Origin: Amphiscolops sp. MND2022
Lineage: Eukaryota
NCBI GenBank assembly: GCA_964187785.1
Contig: OZ076409.1
Span: 78,742,001-78,806,000, forward strand
Reading direction: 5' to 3'
DNA length: 64,000 nt
Shown in pieces: positions 13,411 to 25,638 of the stretch. Every line of letters begins with the position of its first letter. The first letter of the stretch is position 1. The notes under the pieces are model-generated. The model made no database searches and was not told the origin of the DNA. It saw nothing but the letters and a program-made list of their open reading frames with translations. The translations under genes were made by a program, and so were the position numbers.

Positions 13411-15505
13411 TGTCGTAAGCACTAGCAGTTGTGGTTCCGTCAATTGGACGATCACGGAATTGCTCACTTCTTCAGTTTTTCCTAGTTTTCTTAGAGCAGT
13501 TTTCTTCGGGATTAACTTCCGGTCTCTCGGACGGAACCTTCCATATATTTTGTGTCAAATGGCCCGATCCGGAATATAGGGCAGTTTGAATCTGAGGCAA
13601 TATTTGACTATCAATTGCATCACTATATGCCCTTTGGATCTGGGTATTGACACTGCTCATCATCTCATCTCATCTAATTCTCTAGATAACCTTGAGTGCA
13701 ACTCGCTCAACAACCTGTTAATCTCAGCATTAGAATTAGTACCGACTGAATTCTGGCCGTAATCGGCATTTATCCCTGTACTGACAACTCGTAGACTTGA
13801 GTACATGTTTTCATCGTCATTTCCAAAGTTATCGCTAATGGCACTTTCGGGCCTTCTAGCAGGATTCCTGTCTAAGCTTTCTCATCGTTCTTTGAAAATG
13901 CATTGAAGAACGTCCGAGCGAAAATAGTGAATTATCTTGTTCGAAAAATAGGATTTTGTACGTTGTATCGTAAACAGGTTATGTCAAACTAAACTTGTGG
14001 AGAAGCAAAATTAAATTATGTCCCTCTCGGGAAAAATAGAAATTTATTTACCCCCGAGAGGGTGACACTCAAATTCCGTGCATAACAATCTATTTACAGA
14101 TTCCATAAAGGGCACATGACTATGGCGGGTGACCAATAACATTCATTCGTTTTTAGCGGCGTCAACTACATCAAAGCACTTTAGGAATTGGTCCCGTTAA
14201 GGTCAAAGGGCATTCATACCTAATTCATTGGCAGCAACATCATTTAAAGTTTACATAAATCATGGAATGCACTCAAATGCATGTTCTCTTTGCAAATACT
14301 ATCATCAAAGGGGAGCGGAGGAATTTAGTCTTATTATTTTAGGCAAACAACACTTTGACCAAACATCAAAACTAATAGTTTCAAATTGTTTATAGTGAGA
14401 GGAATGTAAACTATGTGGCGGTACGTGCCTACACACGTGCGTAGAATCAACAAAACAAAGACACAGTTTCATGCAATAGAAATGAACATAATATAGTAAT
14501 ATCGTCCGATACGGCCATTGGACTTGGAAGCTGGCCAATAGCGAAGGCCGGAATAGGACAGGTGACGGGTATTCGAATTGCTACTACTGGTCGTTTTTAT
14601 TGCACTGATTCGATTTAAAAAGCTCATTAACATCTTCAAGTATATAAATAAAATCTTACATGACTGTTAACCAAACTCATTCATTCTTAAAAGCATCTCT
14701 AATGATAATAAGCAAAATGGCCTAAACCGGCCTAAACCATTTGCCTTTTGTCCTCCATTACCAATCTGATATAATGTCAAGTGGCCATATACGGCCAATC
14801 AATTAAAAATGTGTACAGCTCTTCACACAATCTGGCCTGAATAGGCTAATTGCCCCGTTCTAAGTAATCATTATTTAACACTGGTCAAACGGCTTTAACC
14901 GTCTGAAAGAGCTAAGTTTGGGATATGGTTAGGTAATACTGCACTAGAGGGGTTGTTTAGCCTAAGAGTACAAGCACATGAATCCTGGTTAAGTGTGAGA
15001 ACAATTAGCATCACAATTGCGCTATAATGTGAAATGGCCGGAACCGGCCGTTTGACTGAATATTTAATAAAAGCAGCGAAGATATGTCCACAAGCCTTAT
15101 TCGGCCATTAATGAAGGGAAGTATTAACTGCGTAGCAAACGGAGTAATTTGATTGGACAAGGCCGCGTGCTCAAGTGACGTTTCTGGTACAGGATTTTAT
15201 CAAGAGCAACTATAATTAAAACAATTAGCAATTAAACAGCACTACTGAATAAATACCACATATTACTTGATGAAAGCTAAATAGGCCGGAACCGGCCATT
15301 GGACCAGCGTGTGCGAGCATAGTAGTTAGATTAAGGCAAGCGGCCATAACCGGCCAAATAATGTAATACTGAGAAATAATACTAGCTATACTGCACTGTG
15401 ATTGGTTAATCTTCAGTTTTAACAATAAAATGTAGGAAGCGTTCCTGGTGCGATGTTCTGTCCGTCTGCTGATGTCGTGATGATTGCAGGCGGCAGCCTG
15501 CGACA
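13411..15505 (-). mobile_element. 2095-bp solo LTR of a D-like family nested in gag of C
   Basis: Termini TGTCG...CGACA and 5-bp TSD GGTAG (13406-13410 and 15506-15510). It contains a gag-N-terminus-like ORF remnant (about 13880-13411) and starts TGTCGCA like the D LTR. Confidence 0.88.
14510..15360. repeat. Dispersed GGCC-N6-GGCC dyads in the solo LTR
   Basis: GGCCtaaaccGGCC, GGCCatatacGGCC, GGCCggaaccGGCC (twice), GGCCataaccGGCC, plus several one-mismatch copies. Confidence 0.75.
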
Positions 15506-16061
15506 GGTAGACTTGAGGCTGCTGTAGTCTTCAATTTCCATTGGCAAGTTGATTGCGACGTCTTCTGGGATTGCTGCAAGGATGTGGTGATATTTGGTTG
15601 TGTCGTTGGTAATTCCAGCCAAGACAAACTGGGATTCCATTCGTCGAAACCGAACAGTCGGGTTCGTGCGGTAGAATGGAGGTGGCTTCATGGTGACTCT
15701 GTTGACAGGTGCGTGTTGTAGTTCTGGCTGAGATGATGTTGAAGTTGTGGTGTTGTCTCCAGATCCAAATTCGATGATGTTCTGCATTGTGGTGGTATGG
15801 ATATTTAGTTATGGATCTTATTTCTGGCGAAAATTCTAGTTTCTTTATACGATATTCTGGTATTGATATTTTGGTTTCGTTACTGTTTCGTTTTTCTTCT
15901 TGATGCGTAACTGTATTTTACTTCTTTTTTGTGGGGTCTCCTTCTCTTTTTTCAAATACTTTTTTTGTTTTTTTTTTACTGGAAGTAGAAAACGAAAGAG
16001 GTTTGCGAGACAATGATTTAAAGTTTGGAGAAAGTTTTTCTCTTTTTTGGGTGGGATGTTG

Positions 16062-16080
16062 AATCACGTCGGGGTCACCA
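16062..16080 (-). promoter_or_regulatory. Primer binding site, tRNA-Trp
   Basis: The + strand AATCACGTCGGGGTCACCA equals the 3' end of metazoan tRNA-Trp including CCA. Confidence 0.9.
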
Positions 16081-16081
16081 T

Positions 16082-16253
16082 TTTAGGTTTCTTAGAAAGT
16101 CTTTAATTGTTTTGCCTAAACCTAAACAAAAATCGCAGCTGTGACAAAGTTTGAATGAAGTAGCTGTGTTATTCAGATCAAACACAATAACTAAACAGCT
16201 GAACAAGATTACATAATAGCGTAATACTTAGCTTGCAACAGAAGAAGTCAACA
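16082..16253 (-). repeat. 5' LTR of element C
   Basis: Direct repeat of 9225-9394, adjacent to the PBS. Confidence 0.92.
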
Positions 16254-17312
16254 GTTATCGTTGTAGCATACGTTTTAGGACAGAAATGTAATTTAAGAAT
16301 ATAGCCTGAAGTTATCCCAAAATGCAAAAAAAAATCCAAAAATTGCTCTTTTTAATAGTTTAGTTGCAAGTTTTATAGACTTAGTTTAAAAAATCCAGCA
16401 ACTTGAACGACGAACAAAACTATCCAGTACAGATTCAGAAGAAGCCCCAAAAAGCCCATAAACACCAACTTTTCCGCAAGTTCAGACGCGTTAATTATAT
16501 TCAAAACATTTTTCGAACTTTTAGGTGAGTATGAATAATCACAGCGTTCGAAGTTACAATAATTGCCTCTTCAGCGTTTTCTCAAAATTTGAAAGTTCAC
16601 GATTTTTTAAAAATTGCACAAAATGCTCAATCAAGAACGGAAAAGTTTCATGCTTTCGATAATCTTCCCAGGTTTTTGTATTATGAATATTCATGGAGTT
16701 CAATAACAAATAAATTAGCTATTTGTTAGTATTTACAAATAAATACTAAACATACTTTATTTACAGAAATTTTTTCTGAGTGTTTTTCCAAGCAAGGTGT
16801 GAAATGAATTGAAAAGTTTAGACATTTTCACGCTCGAGCCTCATGAACATGTCGTAGCTACTCCATTTTGGGTGGGAAAATTTTCCCCTGCTTAGCGGGC
16901 GTCTCGTTGAAAAAATATGCTGAGAGTTATCAAATAGAATAAAGACCTCCTCGCGAGTAGATTCATTCAAAATTAGAGGTTGTGTAACAATACAATGAAC
17001 ATTTGCTTTTGGTATTTTTGACTTACCTTCAATGCAAGAATTTGTTATTAACGTTTCGCCTGCAAAAAAAAAGAATATGATTGATTTATACAAACATAAC
17101 ATCTCGTAAGAATAAAAAAGTGTTTCAAGCTTTTCCCTGAAGGAATGAGAATATTTTGAAATGCTTTCAGGGCGGATAAGCTGGGCCCACCGGTGCATTA
17201 TTTGCACCGGTGCATTATTTGTATCGTAATAGGCATCATTATTAAACTACACGATGGCGGATTTGATATCTAACTGGATCGAAATCGTGGAAAATTTTTC
17301 AATTAAGTGGTC

Positions 17313-18833
17313 TGTGATAATCCTCTATCGGCTCCGCATCAGATTCTTCATCCGAGTGAATCGTAACATCTACGTCTGACTCATATATAGGTTTTGCGGG
17401 TTGTTTTAAGTCTTTTGCTTTCGAAGCCTTAAGAGGAAAATCCTCGTCTTCAGTTTCTGAGTTCTCATTGTTGGATGCATGAACTCCTATAGACCTTATT
17501 GTTCTGGATCCCGATGGTTGAGGGTCTTGCATTTCATTAGTTTCTGACCTTGGGTTTGTTGCTATTGATGCGCTTTTATTTGATTTTATTTCTCTGAGAA
17601 TGGTTTCAAGTTTATTGTCCATTTCTTCTCTCATTTTCTCTATTCTATCGTTGTTCTTTTGTTCAAGTATTTGGGTCCAAGCCTGAATCTCGGTGCTGAT
17701 TTGACTGGGTTCGATCAATTGTACTTCTATATTGTTTTCACCTAAATTTTCTTGAACAACAGTATTAGGATTAGTTAAAGTTATATTACCTGTATTTGGT
17801 GTTTCCACTTGGGTCCTTTCTACACTTCTCTCTGGAGAAGGAGTTTCTAGTCTCCTGGACCTTCTATTTCGTCTATTTCCCATCTCGTCTCAAGTGAAAA
17901 TGTTTTCTGGCTTTTGGGGAAGAATTTGAATTGACTTTAGTATCTCAAAAGAACAAGATCGGAGAATTTACAGTGATGAAATTGAAGAGGTTTACAATCA
18001 TTTGAGAAGCAACTGCTCTTGATGAAAGGCAAATCTTGAATGAATTCTTCCAATTATATTACAAAACGAAATATATTTAAAAATCATGACACTCCTTTTT
18101 ATTAGAATCATCATGAAAACCAGCACAAAAATAGAATTGCGTCAAATGACATCATATTATAAAAATAGCACATTTACATGACATCATGGGAAGTGGTTAT
18201 AGACAAGAAACTGCAAAACCCTGGAAAGATATCTCAAAATAACTTCTAAATATGGCTGAAAACACTTTCTAAATGCTATTAGAACGTGTCCTGGGATCAT
18301 TTAATAAGTCCTGCGAGAACCGCATAATGACGTATAATCATTCCTATTCGATCCGCAGGATACCGCATAATGTTACTACAAAAGACGTCTAATGCCGCAT
18401 ATACATCACGCCTTGAAACGTATAATACCGCATAATGGTATTACCAAAAACATATGGTGACGAGTATACGTCACACTTCGATCCGCATAGTACCGTATAA
18501 TAGTACTATACTAAAGCACAAATTATTACGGAGTTGATTTGGATGCGTCGAAAACTTATAGTTCATATGTTTAAGCGGTGAAATATCAGATTTGTGATGA
18601 AAATAGGGGCTCTTAATTAGGAATCCAAGGTACATAAGCACTATAATGGGTGTTTCTTCATGGTAAGCAAAGTATAGAAATGATATTTACATGACCTTTT
18701 AAAAATAACGGCTTACAAAAAACATGTTCACAATGAGTTTATTAGAGTTTGTGTGAGTCTATAGAAAAGATTCCAATACTTGTTCCTTTCTAGAGTTGCA
18801 CTCCGGAACCATCGCATCTTGGGGGATGCGACA
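17313..18833 (-). repeat. 3' LTR of element D (contains a duplicate of the first about 190 gag codons)
   Basis: Direct repeat of 32055-33575; ORF 17299-17883 is identical to the gag N-terminus up to EDYH. Confidence 0.96.
18316..18510. repeat. CCGCATA-dyad array in the LTR (also at about 33058-33250)
   Basis: Repeated CCGCATAatgACGTATA, CCGCATAatg and CCGCATAgtaCCGTATA units. Confidence 0.8.
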
Positions 18834-19818
18834 GTCCCGCATTTTTAAAAAGGAACAAGGCTGCCCCGAACCCGTGGATAAAGGCTTTTGACCTCATTTT
18901 TCTTTCTTTAACAGTCTCACTTTCATACTCGGTGGCAACCAAATATTGGCCGAGGGTCTCCAATGCAACTTGGTCAAAGCATTTGCCGCATAGTTCACAA
19001 TACCCCGCCACATTCGGCATGACTGTCGGCAGAAGTCGGATGCCCTGTCTTTCACTGGGTGGAATTAGTAGCACATTAGAACTGTGAACTGTGTTGAAAG
19101 GGAAACCAATCTGTGCTGTTTGCTGCATAATCAACGGCGTTTGGTGCATTTCTTGGGCTGTGTCCGTTATCTGCATCGGGAACAACATTGGGGACAGGCT
19201 GAACCCCTGCATATTCCTTGGAACCGGAATCTGCGACTGGGCCCCGACATCATGCGGTTCATATTCCATGTTGTCGTTTGTTAGTGTGTTCTGCATAACT
19301 GATGGATCTGTGCCTCCACTGGGTGTTTGTTCGGACATTGGAGTAGGCAGAATTCCATTCCCGTCCTGGTTTTCTCTTAGAACTGGCATTACTCTAACGC
19401 ATGGCCGACCATAGTGATTTGTGTCCTGGGCCGGGCCTCTGTTGTCCATCCAGGGGAACAGATTACTTTCTTCAAACTCACTGTCGACGAATGATGCCGG
19501 GGAATCTGTGGGTTCATCCCGGGGGTCACTCATCAGTTCCATAAGGTTCTTTTCTATTTGTGATCCTCCTGCCACTGTAGTTTCATGATTCCCTTGGGGC
19601 ACAGTTGAGTTAGGGTACAAGGTCGCCATAGATGACCCAACAAATGCAGCCATCAAGTTACTTCCTGCCGGGTTTACTCTGAATTTTTCCTCTAGTTGCT
19701 GGGTGTTACCAGGGGCGATCGAAAAAGCATCTTCGGAACCGCTGGATATATCGATCACATCGGGGGACAAAGGTGAATAAAGGCTGTCTTCTTCAAAGTT
19801 AAATTGTAACTTGTCCAT
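18790..19818 (-). CDS. Accessory ORF3 of element D, about 342 aa, unknown function
   Basis: Intact ORF from the ATG at 19818 with an acidic/S/P/Q-rich N-part and a C-terminal YCELCGKC motif; it runs through the PPT and stops 44 nt inside the 3' LTR. No signal peptide or clear TM segment seen. Confidence 0.8.
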   Translation of the reverse strand: MDKLQFNFEEDSLYSPLSPDVIDISSGSEDAFSIAPGNTQQLEEKFRVNPAGSNLMAAFVGSSMATLYPNSTVPQGNHETTVAGGSQIEKNLMELMSDPRDEPTDSPASFVDSEFEESNLFPWMDNRGPAQDTNHYGRPCVRVMPVLRENQDGNGILPTPMSEQTPSGGTDPSVMQNTLTNDNMEYEPHDVGAQSQIPVPRNMQGFSLSPMLFPMQITDTAQEMHQTPLIMQQTAQIGFPFNTVHSSNVLLIPPSERQGIRLLPTVMPNVAGYCELCGKCFDQVALETLGQYLVATEYESETVKERKMRSKAFIHGFGAALFLFKNAGLSHPPRCDGSGVQL

Positions 19819-20644
19819 TTTGTTAGAAAATGTTATGATTGAAACCGATGGGTGAGTTTCTTCAGGTAACAAATTATTAGTTATTTCAAAAAGCGACTGA
19901 GTTTTGAATTGTTAAAGACCATATGGTGATTGATGATTTTTCTCCTTTTGCTTTTGACAAAACCCGCGGAAAATTTGAGAGTCACGCTTTTGAATTCCTC
20001 CTTTTCCTTTATAAGGGTTTTATTAGGCATCAAGTCATGAGATTCACTTATGATGATTCGTAAACAATTTCCATAAAAGGTGTTTTGTTTAACACTTAAA
20101 CGATTCATCACTTATCACCAGAAAATACATCAACTTCTAGGCAATTAAATGATATACAAACAAAACTCAACGGGACATCAAAGTAGTCAAATACTTCCAT
20201 ATCGGCTTCCATCTAAAAGTTTGGGGGGGGATTTATTTAATTCTACATGACTAATTTTATGAAATGATGAAAAAAGTTATGAAACATATTCCACCTTTAG
20301 TTTAACTACATATTTTGCTCAAACACTAATTTTAAGTAAAAAATATGTAATAAATCTAGTCCCGCATTTTAAAAGGGGGAATGTATCGGTGATTTAACAG
20401 ATGATGTTCAATGGCTTCAGTTATTTTGTCCCTAAACTTCTAAGAGACCCCTTTTAGTTCAGAATTCACTAAATTAGCTAAATTCTGCATAGGACTAGGT
20501 ATCATATATACTAGACATCAGCAATAACACACGTGTTTATTTTGAGAATGTTTTAATTTTCATCAAGGTATTATGTAATACTTCTTCATCTGTTCGTTTC
20601 TAATCACGAACTGCATCAATTCATTCTATTAAAGTTGTGCAGCG

Positions 20645-20895
20645 AGAACCGCATATTGCCGCATACTCTTCTTTCACAATCCGCATGCTGCCGCATACTC
20701 TTCTTTCACAGTCTGCATACTGCCGCATACACGTCTTCATTCGATCCGCATACTGCCGCATATTCTTCTTTCACAATCCGCATACTGCCGCATACACGTC
20801 TTCACTTGATCCGCATACTGCCGCATATTCTTCTTTTGTAACCTGCATACTGCCGTATACTTTGTATCTGCAATCCGCATACTGCCGTATACTTT
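20645..20895. repeat. Tandem array of about 30-bp units containing CCGCATActgCCGCATA
   Basis: About 8 imperfect units between the divergent starts of ORF3 and the antisense gene. Confidence 0.92.
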
Positions 20896-21285
20896 CAACC
20901 AAAATAACATCTATGCATTGGTGTTGCATCATGAGTCAATCAATCACGCTGGCAGACGTGATTGACATTTAACTAGCCAATCAGATCATAGTATTTGTTT
21001 TGCACATTTGCGCAAATCTGCCTCATTTGCTTTTTTGCCTTTGTTTGCTATATTACGCCACGCCTTACTGCTTGATCATTTTTATCGTAAGAGTCACATT
21101 TAAGTCTCAGTTTCAGTGAAGTATTTTAGTCTTTGCAGAGTCAGCTTTTCAGTAACTTTCTCTTCCCTGGTTTCTTTCCAGATTGATTATATCATTGTTC
21201 ACTACAGTATTCTCCTCATTACGGTTTATTTTGCCTCTATAATTCTCGTGGGAGTCTTCAATTGTTTTGGCACGACTACCTCACC

Positions 21286-24200
21286 ATGGACACGAGTTCT
21301 GAAGTCGATCGGAGCGGAAAACGTAGATCACGAAAAGACTACAATCCATTACAACGTGATGATTTTTGGGACCCTGAAGAACTGCCTGAACTTTCTTCCC
21401 GTTAGTCCAACTCATTCCTTTTGGTTTTAGATTGATAAATTTGTTTTGAATTTGTGATTTTTTGCGAGACTGGCCAGGCCTGCAAAATTGAAAAGGCTTA
21501 GATAATTTTCAAAGCCATGTTCAAATTTTTGAAGCGCTTCGTATTCAGTTTTCTAAGTGACTTCCGTTCCTTTTTTAACTTCCGGTCCCCGCGTCCGGTT
21601 TCTAGAAGCATTGAAACGGGTTTCACTTGCAAAGTTTACTTCATTTTCAAACGCTTGTTTAGAACGTTTGTTTTAGTTGAACAAGGAACAACTCAAGCTA
21701 CTCCTATCAGTTCCCCGGACAAAAATTTTACCGCGTTACAAGTTGCCACACCACGAACTTTGAACCGAACTCTTCCACAAGAATCGCCCAGCACACCTGC
21801 CTTACAAATTGACGAAGGGACTACAAAAGAAAGCTCCGGCGAACCAGCGTTGACCGAAAACCCTCCACTAATTCGTGAGGAGACCCTCCGTAATGAGGAA
21901 AGTTCGTTATTAGAGTCTGATACAACTCAACTTGAGATAGCTCCTACTTCGAAACCCATGGATGAGGATTGCCATAGTTTTGCTCAAGAGCTTTTTACTG
22001 ATTTAGATGCCCCTGGAACATCCCGTATTCTTTCGCCGAGGTTTAGTCAGTTCGTCACTGGAATTGATGGTTCATTACCCAATCCTTTGACTCCCAGTGA
22101 TCCTGCCCAGGAAGGAGGAATGAGTCAACAAGATTCATGGAGGGGCATTACCAGACCAGGTACCTCAGGAAACGAGCCAGTTGTTGGATCCAGCTCATCC
22201 ACTATCAGCATCACCAGACAGGAGGTTCTTTTTCTGGCTAATTTTTTGGGCAAAATCCCACAGTCCTTCATTACTGGAGAAGAAGGTAATCTAGACCAAC
22301 CAATGTCCGTTGCCGTGGTTGATGATATTACACCCACTACACTTATGACTACTTCTAGTCAGGAAGACATGGTGGCGAGTGTTAGTACTGGAATAGTTCA
22401 ACAAGAGGCAGGGCAATCTCCCCCAACAGTGCGAGGAAAACGCCGAAGACCTAAATATTCCCTAACGGGAAGTATGTTCAAGCGACACCCAGTACTCAAA
22501 TTTTCAGCGACAGGGCCTCTGGATAAAGACAAGTCGCCATACAAATGGTGGTGTAGAGTATGTCGTGTGGAGTTGTCGCTCATGAGTCGCGGGAGCTTGG
22601 AACTTATCTCACACTACCGCACTGACTCTCATTTAGTTCGAGAACATAGGATCCGAATGGAGGTCCCAGGCATGCCTCTGTTTGATAAAGACGAAAAGGA
22701 AATCCTAGGAACATCGCTACAAGACGCCAAGAAGAAAGCAAGGGATTCCTACCCAATTCCTCCTCAACTCGATTCGCTGAGACCTCTCGTAGGGCAAGAG
22801 TCTGTTCCGGACTTCAGTGCAACTACGAGCCCTACGGAGAAGCTATTCTCCCAAATCAGCATCTTGGAATTCGGCCTAAGACATGGGGGAAGTGTCTCCC
22901 TACTGACTGGGGTATATGAGGAACTTGTGAGGTTGACCTCCAGCAGCCGGATTTCTAGCCAAAACTGGAACCCTCAACGGCTTTTCGTAAGTAATATTTC
23001 GTGTAGGTTCTTTACCTTATTAAGTTTGGCAATTGTTTTCCTTTCATTTTGCAATTAGTATTTTTGTCTCCATTGAGGTAAAGTAATTGAACATTGTATC
23101 ATTGTATATTTCTTTTACAGGGGATTCTCGTCTACATGTTCCGTGAACTAATGGATTACTGTGTCAAGACCATTTCTACAGCTGGTTATTATTCACTCGC
23201 AGTACAGCATACAGCTACAGCAACATATGTCATTCTTTATTTTTGGTCAGAGAATGTTCTGCACCGCGTCTGTATCGGAGGTGCCCCTAGAGGAATGCTT
23301 CTTCCACGGAAAATTTTCAATCTCGTTGCTTCATTCCTGAGTTTATTTGAAACGGCACCGACTTGCGTTGCACTCACAGGATTTAGCGACAATCTCAATG
23401 AATGTTTAATTACTTCTTTGCCCGGTGCCAAAACTGCTTCAATTGTGAAGACGTATGGACCAACTGAATTCGAGCGCAGTTTGGTTAGCCCCACAGTCAA
23501 GATTATTGAGAGGCATGACTTTAGAAGCATTTTGGATTACCTGCTTATGAAGCTTCGCACTGCCTTGGATCGGGATTGGCTCCAAAGTCTGGCTCTGTTG
23601 CATAAGGTAGTATATACCACTTTTATAGTCAACTTTTACATGATCTTCGTTAAACTTAGGCACCTTTTTCAGTGCGTCCTTTCTTTGGAATACACTCTTG
23701 ATGAAGCTTCTAAACTCATAGAGATCTTGTCGAATAATTGGGAACAAGTGACCGAACACCTAACCCAGATTGGAAGGTTACCCGCCTACCGTTTCCACAT
23801 GAAAGAGGTTATTATTGTTTAAATATTTTATCAGATTGTGACTACAAGGGTCCACCAGTTTGTCGTGTTATCCAAGAGATGGTGTTATAACTATGAGGTT
23901 TTTCTAGCCCAACACACTTGATGAGTGTTTCCGATTGGACTCAGCGTTCTTGGCAAGACTATTCATCATCAGATGTGTTATTGATCACTGTTAGTCATTT
24001 TCCTTTCATACAGACTACTGTTTATTTTGTCTAGTGGCAAGTTAGGAATCATAATTTCGGTTGTGGATCAAAATGTCTTGATAAATTCCCTTAAAGACTC
24101 CCTTTTAACATGTAGTTAGTGTATTTGCACAGCTAGATCGTACCAGATTTTGTATTTTCATTGTTATATACTATTAATCTGTTGTTGGATTTATTCTGAG

Positions 24201-25638
24201 TTGTGGGTAAACTACAACGCATTATTTAATTATTTTCCACGTCAACGACATCGCTGTATTGATTGTTAAGAGACGTATCAGCTTAACGTGCGATTCCGCA
24301 TAGTGACGTATAGTTCAACTTGCAATTCCGCATAGTGACGTATAGTTCAATTTGCAATTCCGCATAGTGACGCATAATCGTCAGACCTTGAACCGCATAA
24401 TGACGCATAGTCCACTATGCAATTCCGCATAGTGACGCATAGTCGTCACACCTCGAACCGCATAATGACGTATAATGTACTCAGCAATTCTGTGGAGTGA
24501 CGTATATACGCTTCACCTCAAACTGTAGGATGACGTCTAATACTTGTATTCAGTGTTACCAGCAGTAACAGTTGTTTGATGCGAGAATAACAATGAATAA
24601 TATGAACTATGAGCTCAGTCATGAGTCATGGTCTGATCTGACTTGTTTCTTCTTGATGTAGGGTTTGACTCGTCATGAAGATTATTTTATTGTATTTAAT
24701 CACTCATTTTTTGAATATCTCATGTTGTTTCAGATAATTCAGCCTTCCCAGAGACCCAAAAACAGATAGACAGTGGCTTCAGGTTATTCAACCAATTTGC
24801 CGTGTTCACATACTCACAGCTGCAGAGTATCTTGCCTGATCGAGTTCTGGGTAGCGTCTCAGATTGGGATACTTATCTCGGACTGGAATTGGATGCTACT
24901 AATTTGCCTTTTAAAAGCAACGATGAATTTGTGCTTAATGAAGATTATCATCGCTTGGTTCTCTCCAGCAAGTTATCCCGACCCAGTAAATTTATTGCGC
25001 AGTCAATTAGCTTCTGCAAATCCTTTTGTACGCAGTTATTGGGCCACGAGATCGTCAAATCTAATTTGCTCAGGGGTTTATCCGCATTTGATTCCCCTGT
25101 AGTTTTTGAGAGCCCTGAAGAGGTTTACGCCACAGCTATTGAGAAGCTATCTTCCCACTTTGTGGCTGCTGGGATGCTTTCTTCTACTGAGAAGGTGCGA
25201 GTGATTAGTCAATACCGGTCATTCGTTTCAAAGATGAGAACAGAAAACATTCCTGAGTATGAAGATTGGGTATCCTTTATAGCTACTCATTACGAAATTC
25301 AGTCGAGGCCGGAACTTCTGTTACTGTTTAGATATTCTTGTTTGTGCTTGTCACCGACGGTGGAAGTGCCACCTGTATTCGATGTACCGATGCCTACACT
25401 TGAATCCGATAAAAGCTCTTTTAATTCTTGTGTTGTTAGCCTGCAAATTTCCTACCAAACTGTGCCTCATGTCTCTAGTCTGTTTAAAGATTCAAAGGCT
25501 ATTAGTCGTGCCTTCCGTTTGTTGGGACGAGGGACTGATTTGCTGTCTGATAAGAAGTTTTCCATCTGGAATTTTTCCAAAGGGAGCAGTTCCCGAAGAT
25601 CCGCTTTTAGTCAGCAAACTGGAAGCGGGATATCGTAA
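21286..25638 (+). CDS. Antisense six-exon gene inside element D, hAT-transposase-derived zinc-finger protein (about 1010 aa; about 1078 aa if a 1-nt frameshift near 25605 is corrected)
   Basis: Exons 21286-21400, 21677-22986, 23121-23606, 23673-23807, 23908-23989 and 24734-25638. All introns are GT...AG and phase-compatible (1,0,0,0,1). ACCATGG start; WWCRVC...HYRTDSH finger; hAT-like C-terminal pattern. Confidence 0.8.
24290..24540. repeat. CCGCATA-dyad tandem array in intron 5 of the antisense gene
   Basis: Repeated CCGCATAgtgACGTATA / CCGCATAatgACGCATA units with a period of about 31 bp. Confidence 0.9.

Larger units (their letters stand above)
12879..15787 (-). pseudogene. gag: gag of element C, split by the solo LTR at 13411-15505
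   Basis: The N-part MQNII...PPPFYRTNP..FRRMESQF (15787-15506) resumes as YQKSKTELIQEALGTISLDGQKPS (from 13410) through the CHCC motif. Confidence 0.88.
9225..16253 (-). mobile_element. Ty3/gypsy LTR retrotransposon C, CsRn1-clade-like, decayed, with a nested solo LTR
   Basis: Roughly 170-bp LTR pair, flanking GTTA(T) duplication (9221-9225 and 16254-16258), tRNA-Trp PBS, gag CHCC motif CRFH-x9-CKPWC, PR-RT-RH-IN order. Confidence 0.95.

Noticed and set aside
17188..17221. 17-bp tandem duplication CACCGGTGCATTATTTG (similar small duplications near 33788 and 63021)
   Set aside because: Isolated slippage or repair-type duplications with no further structure.
17299..17883. Independent 194-aa gene
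   Set aside because: It is the LTR-borne duplicate of the gag N-terminus.
20645..20895. CRISPR-like repeat-spacer array (also 24290-24540)
   Set aside because: The inter-motif segments are themselves related and short, there are no cas genes, and the context is a eukaryotic retroelement.
20635..20972. ORFs with repeated PHTAAYSS / RILPHT peptides
   Set aside because: They are translations of the CCGCATA tandem array and have no ATG start; the repeat is better explained at DNA level.
21517..21676. N-terminus MFKFLKRF... of the 513-aa ORF
   Set aside because: It lies in predicted intron 1; the 21286 ATG exon splices in phase to 21677.
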